64,000 nucleotides of DNA from Octopus sinensis (GCF_006345805.1 NC_043000.1:127410001-127474000); one strand, 5' to 3'. Positions 12,802-27,090 are shown, numbered from the stretch's first letter. The notes: generated by a model from the sequence alone, not told the origin. Numbers and translations are program-made.

Positions 12802-13212
12802 ATATACATAGTTGAAATTTATAGAAAAACAGAAGACGAAGACAGGTGTATGAACAACAGGTGTATTAGTTTGATGCTCGGGAAAGTGAAAGAGTCTTTT
12901 ATTTTTCGTAACTATGCTCTTCAATAGAAAGGAATAAGAGAAAATAAACAGAGAGAGAACAAAAAAACTTGTGGATTCAGTGGTCAATTAGTTGTCAATA
13001 ATGGATCACAACTGTCACTACAGAAACTTGATGATTGCATAACGAATGAATGTACTAGTTTATTTCAATATTGTAAAATTGTTAATATTGCAAATAAAAT
13101 GAGAAAATCAGACTAAGTTGGAATTTTATTATATACATACATATATACATACATACATATATATGTATATACACACACACACACACACATATATATACAT
13201 ATATATACAAAT

Positions 13213-13261
<49 letters not shown>

Positions 13262-14014
13262 TATATACATGAATATATATATACACGCATGTGCATACAT
13301 ATATACATAGCAAGAGAGACAGAGACAGAGAAAACATACAGAGAAAGAGAAAGAGAGAGAGAAAGTGAGAAGGGAGAAAGAGCTGGCTAAGCAGGCAGAC
13401 ATGTGAAGGCTGCTAAACAGAAAGATAAAAGAGAATATGCAATCAAAAGGAAGGTAAGAAGGAAATGAGATGGACATTTAAACCTTGAGCTTTCATTCAA
13501 CTAATAGTGTTACATGTGTTGCCTGAATTTATATAAAAATTATCACTTCCAGTGTAAATTGTTAGTCGTGTTTGCACTACCAAATGTAACCGGCCAGCAA
13601 ATCAAATACTGAGAGGTTTCAACAAATAATGATGTCTCTTTGATGCCTAGATCTGGTTGATTGAAATGCTACAATGTTGAGGGAAAAACCGAAATTGGTT
13701 TGAATGCTAAAGTAACAGTAAAATTGGTCTCGATGCTAAATGGTTTGAATGCTAAATCATTCTGGTTTAAGCAAATGTGAATAATGAAGTGTTAAAGTGA
13801 AATGAGGAAGACCTTGTATTTTTTATGAAGTTACACTGAATTTTATTACTCCATGATCGCCGTCGTCATTGTCTTCATTTAACGTCTGTTTTCCAAGCTG
13901 GCATGGGCTAGACAGGCTTGTTGAAAATATATTTCATCTGGCTGTGATTAAGCTTATGGCTTAGCTTTTTTATTAAGTAGATCATTTTGCAATAGCATAA
14001 GTTGTAGATAGAAA

Positions 14015-14205
14015 TACTACTACTACTACTACAACCACCACCACCACCACCGCTACTACTACCACTACTACTACTACTGCTACTACTACTACCACCACCA
14101 CCACAGTGACTACTACTACTACTATTACTACTACTGCTGCTACTACTACCACCATCACCACCACTGCCACTACTACTACTACCACCACCACCACCACCAT
14201 TACTA
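14015..14205. repeat. (ACT)n/(ACC)n trinucleotide microsatellite
   Basis: Directly visible; source of the poly-Val ORF. Confidence 0.95.
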
Positions 14206-14221
14206 CAGCATCATTATAATC

Positions 14222-15785
14222 ATCAATATAAAAGAAGACGATGTAATAAGGGCTATAGATGAAATGAACCCGAACTCTGCTACTGGCCCTGATGGATTCC
14301 CAGCAATCCTTCTAAAAGCATGTAAGTGAGTCCTAGCAAAATCCCTGCAGTCCCTATTTCAGAGCTTTTTTGCAACTGGAAATCTTCCAATCAAGCTGAA
14401 GGAGGGTAAAATATACCCTATTCATAAAGGAGGTAGCAGAGTAGAGGCCAAAAACTACAGACCTATCTCTCTGACCTCACACATCAGCAAAGTCATGGAA
14501 CAAATAGTCAGAAGAAAACTAATCACCTTCCTTGAGGAAAATGACTTGCTGACTGAGACCCAACATGGTTTCTGACCAGAGAGAAGCTGCCTGAATCAGC
14601 TCATACAATACGATGACTGAGTGTTGAAATAGCTGCTCAACCACTCAAATGTGGAAGTGATATATCTCAACTTTGCAAAGGCTTTTGATAAAGTCGATCA
14701 TGAAATGATATGTCACAAACTGTGTGATCTCGGCATAGTCAGGAAATTGGGAGAACGGCAGCATGACTTTCTGAAGGATAGAAGTCAGGTTGTAGTAGCC
14801 AATGGGGCCACCTCCAATGACACGCAAATAGTGAACAGTATTCTGCAAGGCACTGTTTTGGGACCACTACTGTTCATAATTTCATAATGTCCCTCTCAGA
14901 TATGCCCTCAGCCCCACAGAGAGACATGATACAAGTTATGCAGATGATACAAAAGTGTCACAGGTGATACAGAACCCTGAAGGCACTTTGTATCTGAAAT
15001 GTGAGTCAGATGAAATATACAAGTGGGCTTAGAATAGCAAGCAGTTTAATGCTGAAAAGTTTCAAACCTTGTGCTATCAGCATGCAAAACTAAACTGCAA
15101 TGCCAGAAACACCTGGGCATTTACATGAGTAATGATGCATCCTTCCATGTGCATGTTGCTAAGTTGGCAATGAAATGCAGGCAGCTGACTGGATGGATTC
15201 TTAGAACTTTTAGAACAAGAGATCAGAAAACCATAAGAGTCCTCTGGAGGACACTTGTCCTAAGCCACTTTGACTATTGATCGCAGGTATGGTCACCAAC
15301 CAGAGTCAAATTAATTGCAGAATTTGAGGTACTCCAACAAAGCTACACAAAGAAGATAGCCTCTATCAGCATATAAACTACTAGGAAAGACTCAAGAGAT
15401 TAAGACTCTATTCCTTAGATTGTGGGCGAGAAAGATATGCCATAATATATATCTGGAAGATTCTAGAGGGACTTGTCCCAAATTTTGGCAAAGATAGTGA
15501 CACTAATGCTAGAACAGAGTGCCACTGCATAGTGCAAGGACTCCAAATTTGCCATCAAGATAGAGGACAAAATATTGCAACAGCCTGGGCTTTAGGAGAC
15601 CACAGCTCTTCAATATCCTCCTGAAGGACTTGAGAGACCTACATGGGGTGGATGTAGGGGTTTTCAAAATGAAACTGGACCTCTTACTTCCAAATTCCAG
15701 ATGAACCAATTTCACAGCAGGAAGTGCAGATAAGGGCAGTGGCATCAAACTCCCTCATGCACCAAATGTCAATTTCTATAAAGAA
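14222..15785 (+). mobile_element. Degenerate 5'-truncated CR1/L2-type LINE reverse transcriptase relic
   Basis: Translates with stops and frameshifts to GPDGFP, NYRPISLTSHISKVME, QHGF, YLNFAKAFDKVDH, QGTVLGPLLFII and YADDTKV motifs. Confidence 0.9.
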
Positions 15786-15967
15786 TTAGTGAAGTAAAAT
15801 TATGGCCACAGCTCATGAGCTGAAAATGGATCAAATCATATCGAAACAACAAATCATATGGGGATATTTCTGTATCCATATATATATTTACATGTATATT
15901 TTATATATAATACCCAAGCATATTTATCTGCATCACTAGCTCTCTTTCTCACTAGCTCTCTTTCTCA

Positions 15968-16034
<67 letters not shown>

Positions 16035-16050
16035 TCATTCTATCTCTCTC

Positions 16051-16082
<32 letters not shown>

Positions 16083-16373
16083 AAGCAATTAAGGGTTTAG
16101 CAATGAATTGCCTTACCGCACACCGAATTTAGAAATAGCAGTCAAAGAGATTATAGCTATTTCTTCTACTAAAAGGGAGATCTCAGTAAAAACACAGCAT
16201 TTGAAAGGCAAACACAAACAGGTAAGAGAGAAGGGGCTGGTGACACAAACTTTCATTCACACTTTGAATTTGGTGATACTAGTTGTGGCTTCTAGCTCGC
16301 TCTGATACTGAGTTGAGTTGGTGCCTTCTAGTATCTCAAAATTCAATATACAATCATTCATGATTGTTTGTAT

Positions 16374-16465
16374 CCTGCGCTGATGAGAGAAGAAGTTTGG
16401 GTAAGGTAGAATTATCTAATTCTTATGCTTTCCTAAGACTTGATTTCGAAACGTACGTCCGTAGG
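16374..16465 (+). ncRNA. Type I hammerhead ribozyme motif, intact core
   Basis: Stem I CCTGCG(16374-79)/CGTAGG(16460-65); core CTGATGA(16380-86); long stem II starting GAGA/TTTC with AGAATT-atct-AATTCT at the tip; GAAA(16448-51); palindromic stem III ACGTACGT; GUC triplet at 16457-59. Confidence 0.8.
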
Positions 16466-16959
16466 TGACTTAAAACTGTATGATAGATTGCCGTCAATTC
16501 ATTCTCTCTTACCTGTTTGTGTTTGCCTTTCAAATGCTATGTTTTTACTGAGATCTCCCTTTTAGTAGAAGAAATAGCTATAATCTCTTTGACTGCTATT
16601 TCTAAATTCGGTGTGCGGTAAGGCAATTCGTTGCTAAACCCTTAATTGCTTAGTATTACTTAAATTTTCCTCGAATGAGGCTTTTACATGCCGAAGACTA
16701 CTTGGTGTAATTGATAATTATTCCAAATTAATTAATTTCACCCTTCATTGTTACTGATAACCATATTCATCCCAGTAAATGACCACAGCACTTTGTCTTG
16801 GCTACACGCGGGTGGGAAGGGGCTGGTGACACAAACTTTCATTCACACTTTGAATTTGGTGATACTAGTTGTGGCTTCTAGCTCGCTCTGATACTGAGTT
16901 GAGTTGGTGCCTTCTAGTATCTCAAAATTCAATATACAATCATTCATGATTGTTTGTAT

Positions 16960-17051
16960 CCTGCGCTGATGAGAGAAGAAGTTTGGGTAAGGTAGAATTA
17001 TCTAATTCTTATGCTTTCCTAAGACTTGATTTCGAAACGTACATCTGTAGG
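16960..17051 (+). ncRNA. Second hammerhead copy, 586 nt downstream, with AUC triplet
   Basis: Same as the first copy except GAAACGTACATCTGTAGG: G>A in stem III and C>T in stem I, both at CpG sites. Confidence 0.65.
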
Positions 17052-17437
17052 TGACTTAAAACTGTATGATAGATTGCCGTCAATTCATTCTCTCTTACCT
17101 GTTTGTGTTTGCCTTTCAAATGCTGTGTTTTTACTGAGATCTCCCTTTTAGTAGAAGAAATAGCTATAATCTCTTTGACTGCTATTTCTAAATTCGGTGT
17201 GCGGTAAGGCAATTCGTTGCTAAACCCTTAATTGCTTAGTATTACTTAAATTTTCCTCGAATGAGGCTTTTACATGCCGAAGACTACTTGGTGTAATTGA
17301 TAATTATTCCAAATTAATTAATTTCACCCTTCATTGTTACTGATATATATATATATTATATATATATATGTACCGTGTGTACCGTTGGCGATTTTTTCCC
17401 CTCCGTCTTCCCTTCTCTGGATCTTTCCTTTTCCTAT

Positions 17438-17472
17438 GTTTCTGACAAAGAGCTCCGCTCGAAACGTTAAAC
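17438..17472 (+). ncRNA. Minimal hammerhead-like motif in a short (TA)n-flanked repeat (about 17370-17575)
   Basis: GTTT CTGACAA A GAGC tcc GCTC GAAA CG TT AAAC; core G8>A. Confidence 0.55.
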
Positions 17473-18786
17473 CCTCCTTCTTCCCTTCCTTCCTGAGCGT
17501 CCAATGATACTATATTTGTTCCACGTCCTCACGTTGTTGCGTTTTCTCTTTGTGTTTTCATGTTTGGATTAACAATATATATATATATATATAATATATG
17601 TATGTATGTATATATGTACATATGTATGTATACATATAAATATATTTCTACATTCACACACATACATCCATATACACTTACAAATGTCATGAAAATGTAG
17701 TGCTACAAATATACACATAACACACATACAGATCACAATCTTCATCATAAAGGCAGATATGAGAATGCAGTGCTAAATATTGTGTAGCCATCTTGACAAA
17801 AATATATTTCTTTTTTAAGGAAAGAAATTAATAAATCTATTCCAGTATAATATTTTTCTCTAATTTCTTTCAAACAGGAAATCATAGGAGATTTGAAAAA
17901 ATATATTTTTTTACAAATCAAAGTAACAGTTTTGTAGTTTCAGAGAGCCAGCAGCCAAATGATGTAGAAGACAAACAGATGCAAACTCTCTGTGACATAC
18001 TTTCATTATAATCCATCATATATACACAAGCTGTTGAGAGACTAATACACCTATAAACTAAATCTATGTTAATACACATACAGATGCATAAAAATAAATA
18101 TATATATATATATGTTTGTGTGTGTGTATGTATGTATGCATGCATGCATGTATGTATGTATGTATGTATGTATGTATGTATGTATGTATCTATATATATA
18201 TATATATATGTATGTATATATATATGTATATATACATATATATATGTATGTATATATGTGTGTGTGTGTGTATCTATATATATATATTTATATATACACA
18301 CACATATATATCATCATAAGCATACACATTCACAAACGTGCACATCATATACATAAGCTCTCTTGACAGAATGATAGACATATATAAAGTATATCTATAT
18401 AAATATACACATGCACAGAAAAGTGTGTATATATGATTTATGTTCACAACCACATTTATATAAGATATAGGTACACACACAAAGCTCTGGATGGAATAAT
18501 AGACTAATATAAAGTATCTCTATATTAATATATGCATGTATACAGAAGTATGTATGATATAAGCTTTCACATGTGCATGCAAGATACATGCACAAACACA
18601 AAAATATATTATATGTGTGAAGGTGGATATGTACAACCTTCATAAAAAGGAATGCATATATACAAAATATAAAACTGTGTATTATACACCGTCATCACCG
18701 ACACCACTACCCCAGCATCATTTTATGGTTTTCTTTTTTTCAGTGCTCGCACAAAAAGAAAAGAAATCTCCAGTATTACATCTTGC

Positions 18787-19244
18787 CAATTGTTAGAGTC
18801 CTTTGTTGATCTACTTCTTGATGTTGAGCCACCTGAGATCGTTTTACACCACATCTTTCTCTCTTCTTTTCTCTCCCTTCATCCACAAATTCCTTCTACT
18901 TAGATTGCTTAACACTATATATGAGCTTCTTTCAGTTTCTGTCAACCAAATCCACTCACAAGGCTTTGGTTCACCCGAGGCTATAGTGGAAGACACTTGC
19001 CCAAGGTGTCATGCCGTGGGAATGAACCCAGAACCATGTGGTTGGTAAGCAAGCTACTTACCACACAGCCACTGCTGCACCTGATTGTTGAGTAAAAATT
19101 TAAAAAAAGAACATAGTGTCAAGCAATCTAAGTAGAAGGAATTTGTGGATGAAGGGAGAGAAAAGAAGAGAGAAAGATGTGGTGTAAAACGATCTCAGGT
19201 GGCTCAACATCAAGAAGTAGATCAACATAGGACTCTAACAATTG
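18787..19244. repeat. 132-bp near-perfect inverted duplication enclosing an inverted SINE head
   Basis: 18787-18918 versus 19113-19244, two mismatches by eye. Confidence 0.85.
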
Positions 19245-19302
<58 letters not shown>

Positions 19303-19539
19303 CGTGTGTATATGCTTGTGTGTCTGTCTCCCCAACATTGCTTGACAACCGATGGTGGTGTGTTTACGTCCCCGTAACTTAGCAGTACAGCAAAAAAGAA
19401 CGATAGAATAAGTACTCAGCCTCCAAAGAATAAGTCCTGGGGTTGATTTGCTTGACTAAAGACAGTGTTGTAGCATGGCCTCAGTCAAAAGACTGAAACA
19501 AGTAAAAGACTAAATGAATTAAGAGTAATCATCTTCCTT

Positions 19540-19790
19540 TCACACCACACTTCAATGCCAATACAGTCATCTCTATTGCACACTACACATGATTCCTCTT
19601 ATGCAGTTTTCCTCTCAGCTCGTTTGTCCTCCATTTACTATGTAAAAACTAACATTACATTTCAAGTAGATCACGCTCACTTGGTTTCTTTCCAGTCTTC
19701 ACAAATTCTCTGCATTCAAAGCCAATATATCGCTGCCGTGCAGCATCACACTTCATACACAAGCATCATGCAATCAATATATAAATTATA
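19540..19790 (-). mobile_element. RTE-clade LINE C-terminal relic
   Basis: Minus frame HDACV*SVMLHGSDILALNAENL*RLERN...IRGIMCSVQ*R*LYWH resembles the RTE post-RT region. Confidence 0.6.
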
Positions 19791-19951
19791 CATTATCCAA
19801 CCCTGTCAGGCCCAAATATTGTACCTGTATTAAGTTCAAACCAGCCAGATTTGGCCTTTTGCACCTACTCTACAATGTCATTCTAAAAACAAGTATTCAC
19901 ATCATTAAAATCTCGAAGCTACGAGATCATGCAGGGTTAATTCAAAACAAA

Positions 19952-20226
19952 GTAGCCAATGGGGCCACCTCCAATGACATGCAAATAGTGAGCAGTGTTC
20001 TGCAAGGCACTGTTTTGGGACCACTACTGTTCATAATTTCATAATATCCTTCTCAGATTTGCCCTCAGCCACACAGAGAGCCACGATCACAAGTTATGCA
20101 GATGATACAAAAGTCTCACAGGTGATACAGAACCCTGAAGACACTGAGCACCTGAAATGTGAGGCGGATGAAATATACAAGTGGGCTTAGAAGAATAGCA
20201 TGCAATTTAATGTTGAAAAGTTTCAA
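19952..20226 (+). mobile_element. Second fragment of the same CR1-type LINE
   Basis: Near-copy of about 14795-15065 (QGTVLGPLLFII, YADDTKV). Confidence 0.85.
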
Positions 20227-21149
20227 GGCTACATTCCATCAAAAATCATGTCTAATTGTAGTATTTTATATATAAATAAGGTACAAAATAATCACACATA
20301 CAAACATTCACATACTTCCCTTGTACATGCACACACATACACACATATACTCACACAGAGTCGAAACGTTATTTGATTTTTCTTTTCAGCATTGAACATT
20401 CACCATCCTAACACACACACACACATACACAAACATTCACATGACTCTCTTTTACATACACACACACACACTCACACAGAGTTGAAATGCTGCATGATTT
20501 TTCTCTTTTCACTGCAGAACTTCCATCATCCTGCTACCAAGTTTGCCATCACCCCTTCCTTCCTTATTCATCTATCACCCCTTCCTTTCTCATTCATATG
20601 TTGTGATGGAGAAATACACACATAGTAAAAGCACCATCCGTTCGTGTCTGTTGCCAGCCTCGGCTGGCCCCCGTGCCGGTGACACGTAAAAGCACCGTCC
20701 GTTCGTGGCCGTTTGCCAGCTCTGTCTGGCCCCATGTCGGTGGCACGTAAAAGCACCATCCGTTCGTGTTCGTTGCCAGCTTCGGCTGGCCCCTGTGCCA
20801 GTGACACGTAAAAGCACTATCCGTTCATGGCCGTTTGCCAGCTCTGTCTGGCCCCGTGTCGGTGGCACGTAAAAGCACCATCCGTTCGTGTCCGTTGCCA
20901 GCATCTCCTGGCCCCGTGCCGGTGACACGTAAAAGCACCATCCGTTCGTGGCCGTTGTGCCAGCTCTGTCTGGCACCTGTGCAGGTTGCACGTAAAAAAC
21001 ACCCACTACACTCGCGGAGTGGTTGGCGTTAGGAAGGGCATCCAGCCGTAGAAACACTGCCAAATCTGACTGGGCCTGATGAAGCCTTCCGGCTTCACAG
21101 ACCCCAGTTAAACCGTCCAACCCATGCTAGCATGGAAAACGGACGCTAA

Positions 21150-21180
<31 letters not shown>

Positions 21181-23409
21181 GATGATGATGATGATGATGA
21201 TAATTATGTAGCTAATATTAATCAATCAATATAGTCATCATAATTATTTAAAATGGCATCATTTAATGCCCACTGTTCCATGCTAGCATAAGTAAAACAG
21301 AATTCTGATTTAGTATTACTAAATTGAATTTTTCCCTATAAGTTTGGAATCATATTCCCTAATATTATTATTATTTTATATATATATGTATATATATATA
21401 GTACCACCTGACTGGCTCTCATGCTAGTGGTACGTAAAAAGCACCATTCGAGTGTGGTCAATGCTAGTGCCACTTGACTAGATCCCATGCCAGTGGCATG
21501 TAAAAATCACCATTCAAGCCTGGTTGATGCCAGTGCTGCCTGACTGGCCCTGTGCTGGTAGCATGTAAATGCCACACACTACACTCTCGGAGTGGTTGGC
21601 ATTAGGAAGGGCATCTATCTGTAGAAACCTTGCCAGATCAGATTGGAGCCTGGTGCAGCCTCCTGGCCTGCCAGTCCTCAGTCAAACCGTCCAACCCATG
21701 CTAGCATGGAAAGCGGAAGTTAAACGATGATGATGATGTATGTATAAAATGTATATAAAGTGTTTGTGTGTATATATTGTTTTGTTTTTTTTTAAACCAC
21801 AACTGAGTGTTTGTATCATGTCTCAGTTTCATGCTACTGGGATCTTCAGGCAAAATCACAGAAGCATGAAACTGGAGTTGTGAGTCAATAAAAAAAAAAC
21901 TCAATATCCTCTCCAACATGTATTGAGCATTCATCTCTCATTTGGCTAATATAAACTAACAAATGCATATATATATGCACACACACACACACATACATAT
22001 ACACACATATATATGCATACATATGTATTTATAATATGTTCAATGTGGGGTAGATGTATAGACAGACAAATGTAATTTGAAAGAAATGATTAGAATACAG
22101 AAAAGTACATGATAGATTCAGTATGAATGCCAACAGATTTAACATGAAATACGCAAAATGCACTGGGATCCAAGATGCTCATTGCAATTTCCTTCTAAAG
22201 GGAACGCAACAATCCCTAGTATAAGACCTAATTATTGAGAAAACAACAACAAGCACAATAACTACAACAACAATAGCCACAACAACAACAAACAACTTAA
22301 GTCAAAAAAAGTCAAAAATGGAATTAAATGTATTTTTGGTTTGTTTGATGTTTCTTTATCCAAAAAATGGTATTGCTCTCTCTCTCACTCTCTCTCTCTT
22401 TCTCCCTCATAGTTATATTTGATGTTCTTATTCCCATTCTTTCCCCCACCTTGCATTTTTTTTAATATTCTTCTTCTTTTAATCCTACCATTACCAGAGA
22501 AAATCCATGTGACAATTTTCACAAACAATTTTATGTAGCGAGAGTTTTGGCGTAATATCGATTTGATACAAAAATGAATAACCAAATAAAGGTGAATAAA
22601 ATAAAAATGAAATATAACAAAATAACAAGGACAAAATATAAATAAATGTTATTTAGGTAACAGCTGAAGCAAACAGCGGACTAGTAAAAATTGGCCAAAT
22701 ATATATATATACATGCGTGTATGCAAATATATGTTATACATACACACATACACACACATATTTATACACATATATATCTATACACACATATACATTTATT
22801 CACATGCACATACATCTATACACATTTATACATATAAATATATATACATACATACATACTTACACATATATCTATACACACATACATTCATTCACACGCA
22901 CATATATATATACACATATATACACATTCATACACACATATCTATATACATTTATATATACATACATACATATATATATGCATACATATAATGCATATAT
23001 ATATATATGCATACAAACATACATATATACAACTGCATAGCCAGAATATACATATATACATAACTAAATTTGTACATATATATACTAAAGATAGAGGGAG
23101 AATAAAGGGAAAAAAGAGAAAAGGAAAATGAGAGGGAAATAAACAGATATGTACATACAGATTTAGAGAGAGAGAAAACAACGGAAATATATTCATATTT
23201 CCCAACAAATATTTCCAACCATTATTAAATTAAACTAGTTGAAAATCTACTTCATATATAATTGAACAAACAGGATTCCATTAACATTTATATCCACGAT
23301 TATAGAGGAGTATTAACATCAAGGAAGACAATTATTGCTTCTGAGATTGATTTTTTTATATATTTAATTATTTCGCCATGTTAATTTAGGTTCTCAACTA
23401 TGTGTGTGA

Positions 23410-23444
<35 letters not shown>

Positions 23445-25054
23445 GTCATTTGATTTTCATGCTAGCATATTAAAGGAATATGGTATTGATGTGATGTTTT
23501 ACAGCTGGGTGCTTTTCCTGAAGCTAACCTTTACTTGTTTTCCACAGCAGTGATCTCTTATTCCACTTGGCCTCATAGATACAAAGTGAGTGGAGTGAAC
23601 TAGTTATTTACAGATGTGGCGATGACAACACCACAACTCAAATGACGAAGAGAACACAGACGTAAACATATATGCAAATGCACAAGTACATGACTGTGTG
23701 GTAAGAAGCTTGCTTCCCAACCACATGGTTCCAGGTTCAGTCCGACTATGTGGCACTTTGAGCAAGTGTCTTCTACTATAGCCTCAGACTGTCCAAAACT
23801 TTGTGAGTAGATTTGGTAGACAGAAACTGAAAGAAGCTTGCCATGTGTGAGTGTGTGTGCATGTGAGAGTGAGAGTGTGTGTGTGGGTGTGTGTGGGTGT
23901 GAATACATACTAGCTTGTACAATCACATATGTGCCCACATGTTAACATGCCACAACTCATTTTCACAAAGAAATCTACATGTTTGTTTGACCTGCTAGAA
24001 ATAGCAGCCAAGTCTCCTTCAAATCATAGCCTACCCTCTTAAATGATGAAGAATACATCAGATAATCTTTATTGTGGCTGTGTCACTTTTGATCGCAAAC
24101 CTGCTAAGACAGACCTGGGGTTAAATAACAATAATAATATTCACATAATGCACATATACACGCAACACAACCACAAACACATTTACACACACACACGTAT
24201 GTACACATTACATATGTGTGTAATGTATACGGATAGAAGCACATAGACACAAACACCCCTACACATACACAGGTATGTATGTATAAATAAATATGTGTGT
24301 GCATGTATATATATATATGTATGTATGTATGTATGTATGCCTCCATGCATGTATGAATGAATGAGTGTATGAATGCATACATGCATGTATGAATGTATGT
24401 AAATATATAATCATTGAATGTATAAATAAGTTTATGTAAACATCCACACACAAAGCTTAATCCTGTATCACAAAAGCTTCGTTGCTTTTGCCAAACCTGA
24501 AAAATCTTTATTTGAGGCCTAAATAAAATCAAAATAAAATAAACAGAATTGTTGAAGTGTCAAACCAAAATACTGGGCTATTTAGCTATGACCCTTTACA
24601 TTCTGAGATCAAATCCTATTCAGATCAACTTTTCTTTCCATCCTATAACAAAATAAATTAGCACTCAAATACTGAAATCAGTTTAAATAACTATTTTAAT
24701 GCCAAGCAACATCAGATCACAGTGTTGTTCTACGATACAATCTTCTTGTTTTAAAGCTAATCTAAATCAAAACTTTACATCAAAATTTCATGTTAATTTA
24801 TGTTCTAAACACCATCTTTTTACTAAATTTACTAAATTCTTCATTATTTTTAAAATTAATTGAAACAAAAGCAGTGTAGTTCAACAAGAGTATGGCAACA
24901 AAAGAGATAATGCATCCTAAATCATCATCATCATGTCCACTTTTCCATGATTGTACAGGTCAGACAGAATTTGTCAAGGTAGGTTTTTCTTCAGCCAGAT
25001 GCCCTTCATGTTGTCAACCCTCATCTGTTTCAAATAACATAACATTTGCCCACC

Positions 25055-25090
<36 letters not shown>

Positions 25091-26699
25091 CATCCTATAA
25101 TATATACAATGAACTTCTTTCAGTCCAGGACTATAGTAGAAGACACTTGCCCAAGATGCTATGCAGTGGGACTGAACCCAAAAATCATGTGCTTAGGAAA
25201 CTAACTTCTTACCACCCAGCCACGCCTGCACATAAATGTGCATAGAATTATATAATATGGCCTCAGGCACAATGGTACAGCATCTAATGCCTGATCAGAA
25301 GGCTGCTTTTTCAAATCATGTCTGTGTCAAAGGCTCTTTTTTATAGTGGTCGATGTCAGTGCCACCTGACTGCCTCCCGTGTCAGTGGCACATAAAAAGC
25401 ACCATTTGAGCATAGCTGATGCCAGTGCCACCTGACTGGTTCCCATACCAGTGATACGTAAAAACCACTTCACTCTCAGTGTGGTTAGCATTAGGAAGGG
25501 CATTCAGCTGTAGAAACCCTGCCAGAACAGATTGGAGCCTGGCGCATCCTCCAGGCTCGCCAGTCCTCAGTCAAACAGTTCAAACCATGCCAGCATGGAA
25601 GGCAGACATTCAAAGATGGTGACAATGATGATAAATGCACAGGTTGCTGCAGGTACATTTTGAAATTATGCAATCACAATGCACCTCCTATGCACACATG
25701 CACACTCCAGAGTACATCTAAATAAAGAATCTATGAGCAAGTCTTCACTCACCAGCACTTAGCTAACCACTCTCTCCTACAACTTGTACTACACCTGCTG
25801 TTGATAACTGTATATATCTTGCATAAACCCTTTCATAACATTTCCTTCTCCAACAATATCTCTCCTCTCTCCCTCCTGCATATCTCATGTCTTAACATAT
25901 TTGTTATCATATTTCTAAAGAAATTCACAGAGTTTGTCTTTTTAATTAAATTTGAAGACAATCAGGAATTTGGAAGTAGTTTAGCAATATAATTAACATT
26001 ATCATTCATTTAACCCTTTAGCATTTAAAATGGGAATATCCAGCCCAAAATATTCTACCTGTTTTACGTTCAAACTGACTAGGTCCAGCCTCTTACACCT
26101 ACCCTAAAATGTCATTCAAAATATAAACAATCACATCAGTGAAATCTTAAAGCTGTGAGATAATGCAGGATTAATTCAAAACAATGTTAATAAGCTTTAC
26201 ATCCAATAGAGCAATCTGAATGCTAAAGTGTTAAGCTGCTGCTTGGAATACTGAGTTGATTCAAATGAACCTCAGGATCTGAAGATGTCTTATTTTATCA
26301 ACAGTGAAAGAATGGAAAACAAAGTTGATCTCAGTAGGATTTAACCCAGAATATAAAAGGACTTGAGGAAATACTTCAAGCTATTTTGCTTGGTGTTTTA
26401 CCAATCTAAGAAGAATAACTGCAATAACATTACCAGCTTAAGATAAAAAAAAGAGAGAGGCAAGAGAGAAAGAAGAGTGAGAGGCAAGAAAGTGAGAAAA
26501 AGAGAGAGAGATAAAGTAGATGGATTCAGGCAACAGAGATGGAAAAGAAATACTTCTAATTTCCTGTTTGTTAGTTTTTTTTACCTGTGGCTGTGGAGGG
26601 TGGCAGTAGCAGTATTCCATATCATCCATGGTGGGTAACAGTAGAAATGTCTCAGAATGTACAACCGATTTAGAACTGGCTAATGGTAGATGTCATTTA

Positions 26700-27090
26700 A
26701 ACAGAAAAACTTATGGGTTGTGGATAATGATATAAGATAATTCAAGCTGTAAGATCCATCCGTCGTAGGCAATGGTAGAAGTAACTTAAAAGAAATGTTA
26801 CCCAAATAGGTATCAGCAGAGGTGAGGTGTCTCGACAAAAAACACATTATCTGTATTGGGCAACAGGAAAAAATATTTCAAAATGTAAAATTCACCCTGG
26901 TGGTCATCAAGTACAGTGGTAAGTAATGATATGTTTTTTATCAGTCGCAAATGAATGGTAGAAATGTAATGACTGTGGAACTAATTAAAAATTGATGTTT
27001 GGTTTTTCAGATCAGTGTTCGAGTCAACCCAGAAAAATACAATATCACAATGCTTATGACTGGGGAGGTTTCACTTGTTTTTAGACAATG
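26700..27090 (+). mobile_element. Possible highly decayed mariner transposase fragment
   Basis: Frame IQAVRSIRRRQW*K*LKRNVTQIGISRGEVSR weakly resembles the mariner second HTH; no TIRs seen. Confidence 0.25.

Larger units (their letters stand above)
16080..17344 (+). mobile_element. Non-autonomous Penelope-like/retrozyme-type element: inverted partial repeat plus two tandem 586-bp-period repeats, each with a hammerhead
   Basis: 16080-16231 is the reverse complement of about 16504-16655, and 16231-16758 recurs at 16817-17344. Flanked by (TA)n; no RT ORF. Confidence 0.7.

Noticed and set aside
16108-17212. Two ORFs starting MPYRTPNLEIAVKE on opposite strands
   Set aside because: A by-product of the inverted repeat in the hammerhead element; they begin at TTG and have no recognisable domain.
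17878-18011. Plus-strand acceptor followed by a 43-codon frame (NHRRFEK...DILSL*)
   Set aside because: No upstream exons or recognisable homology; expected by chance.
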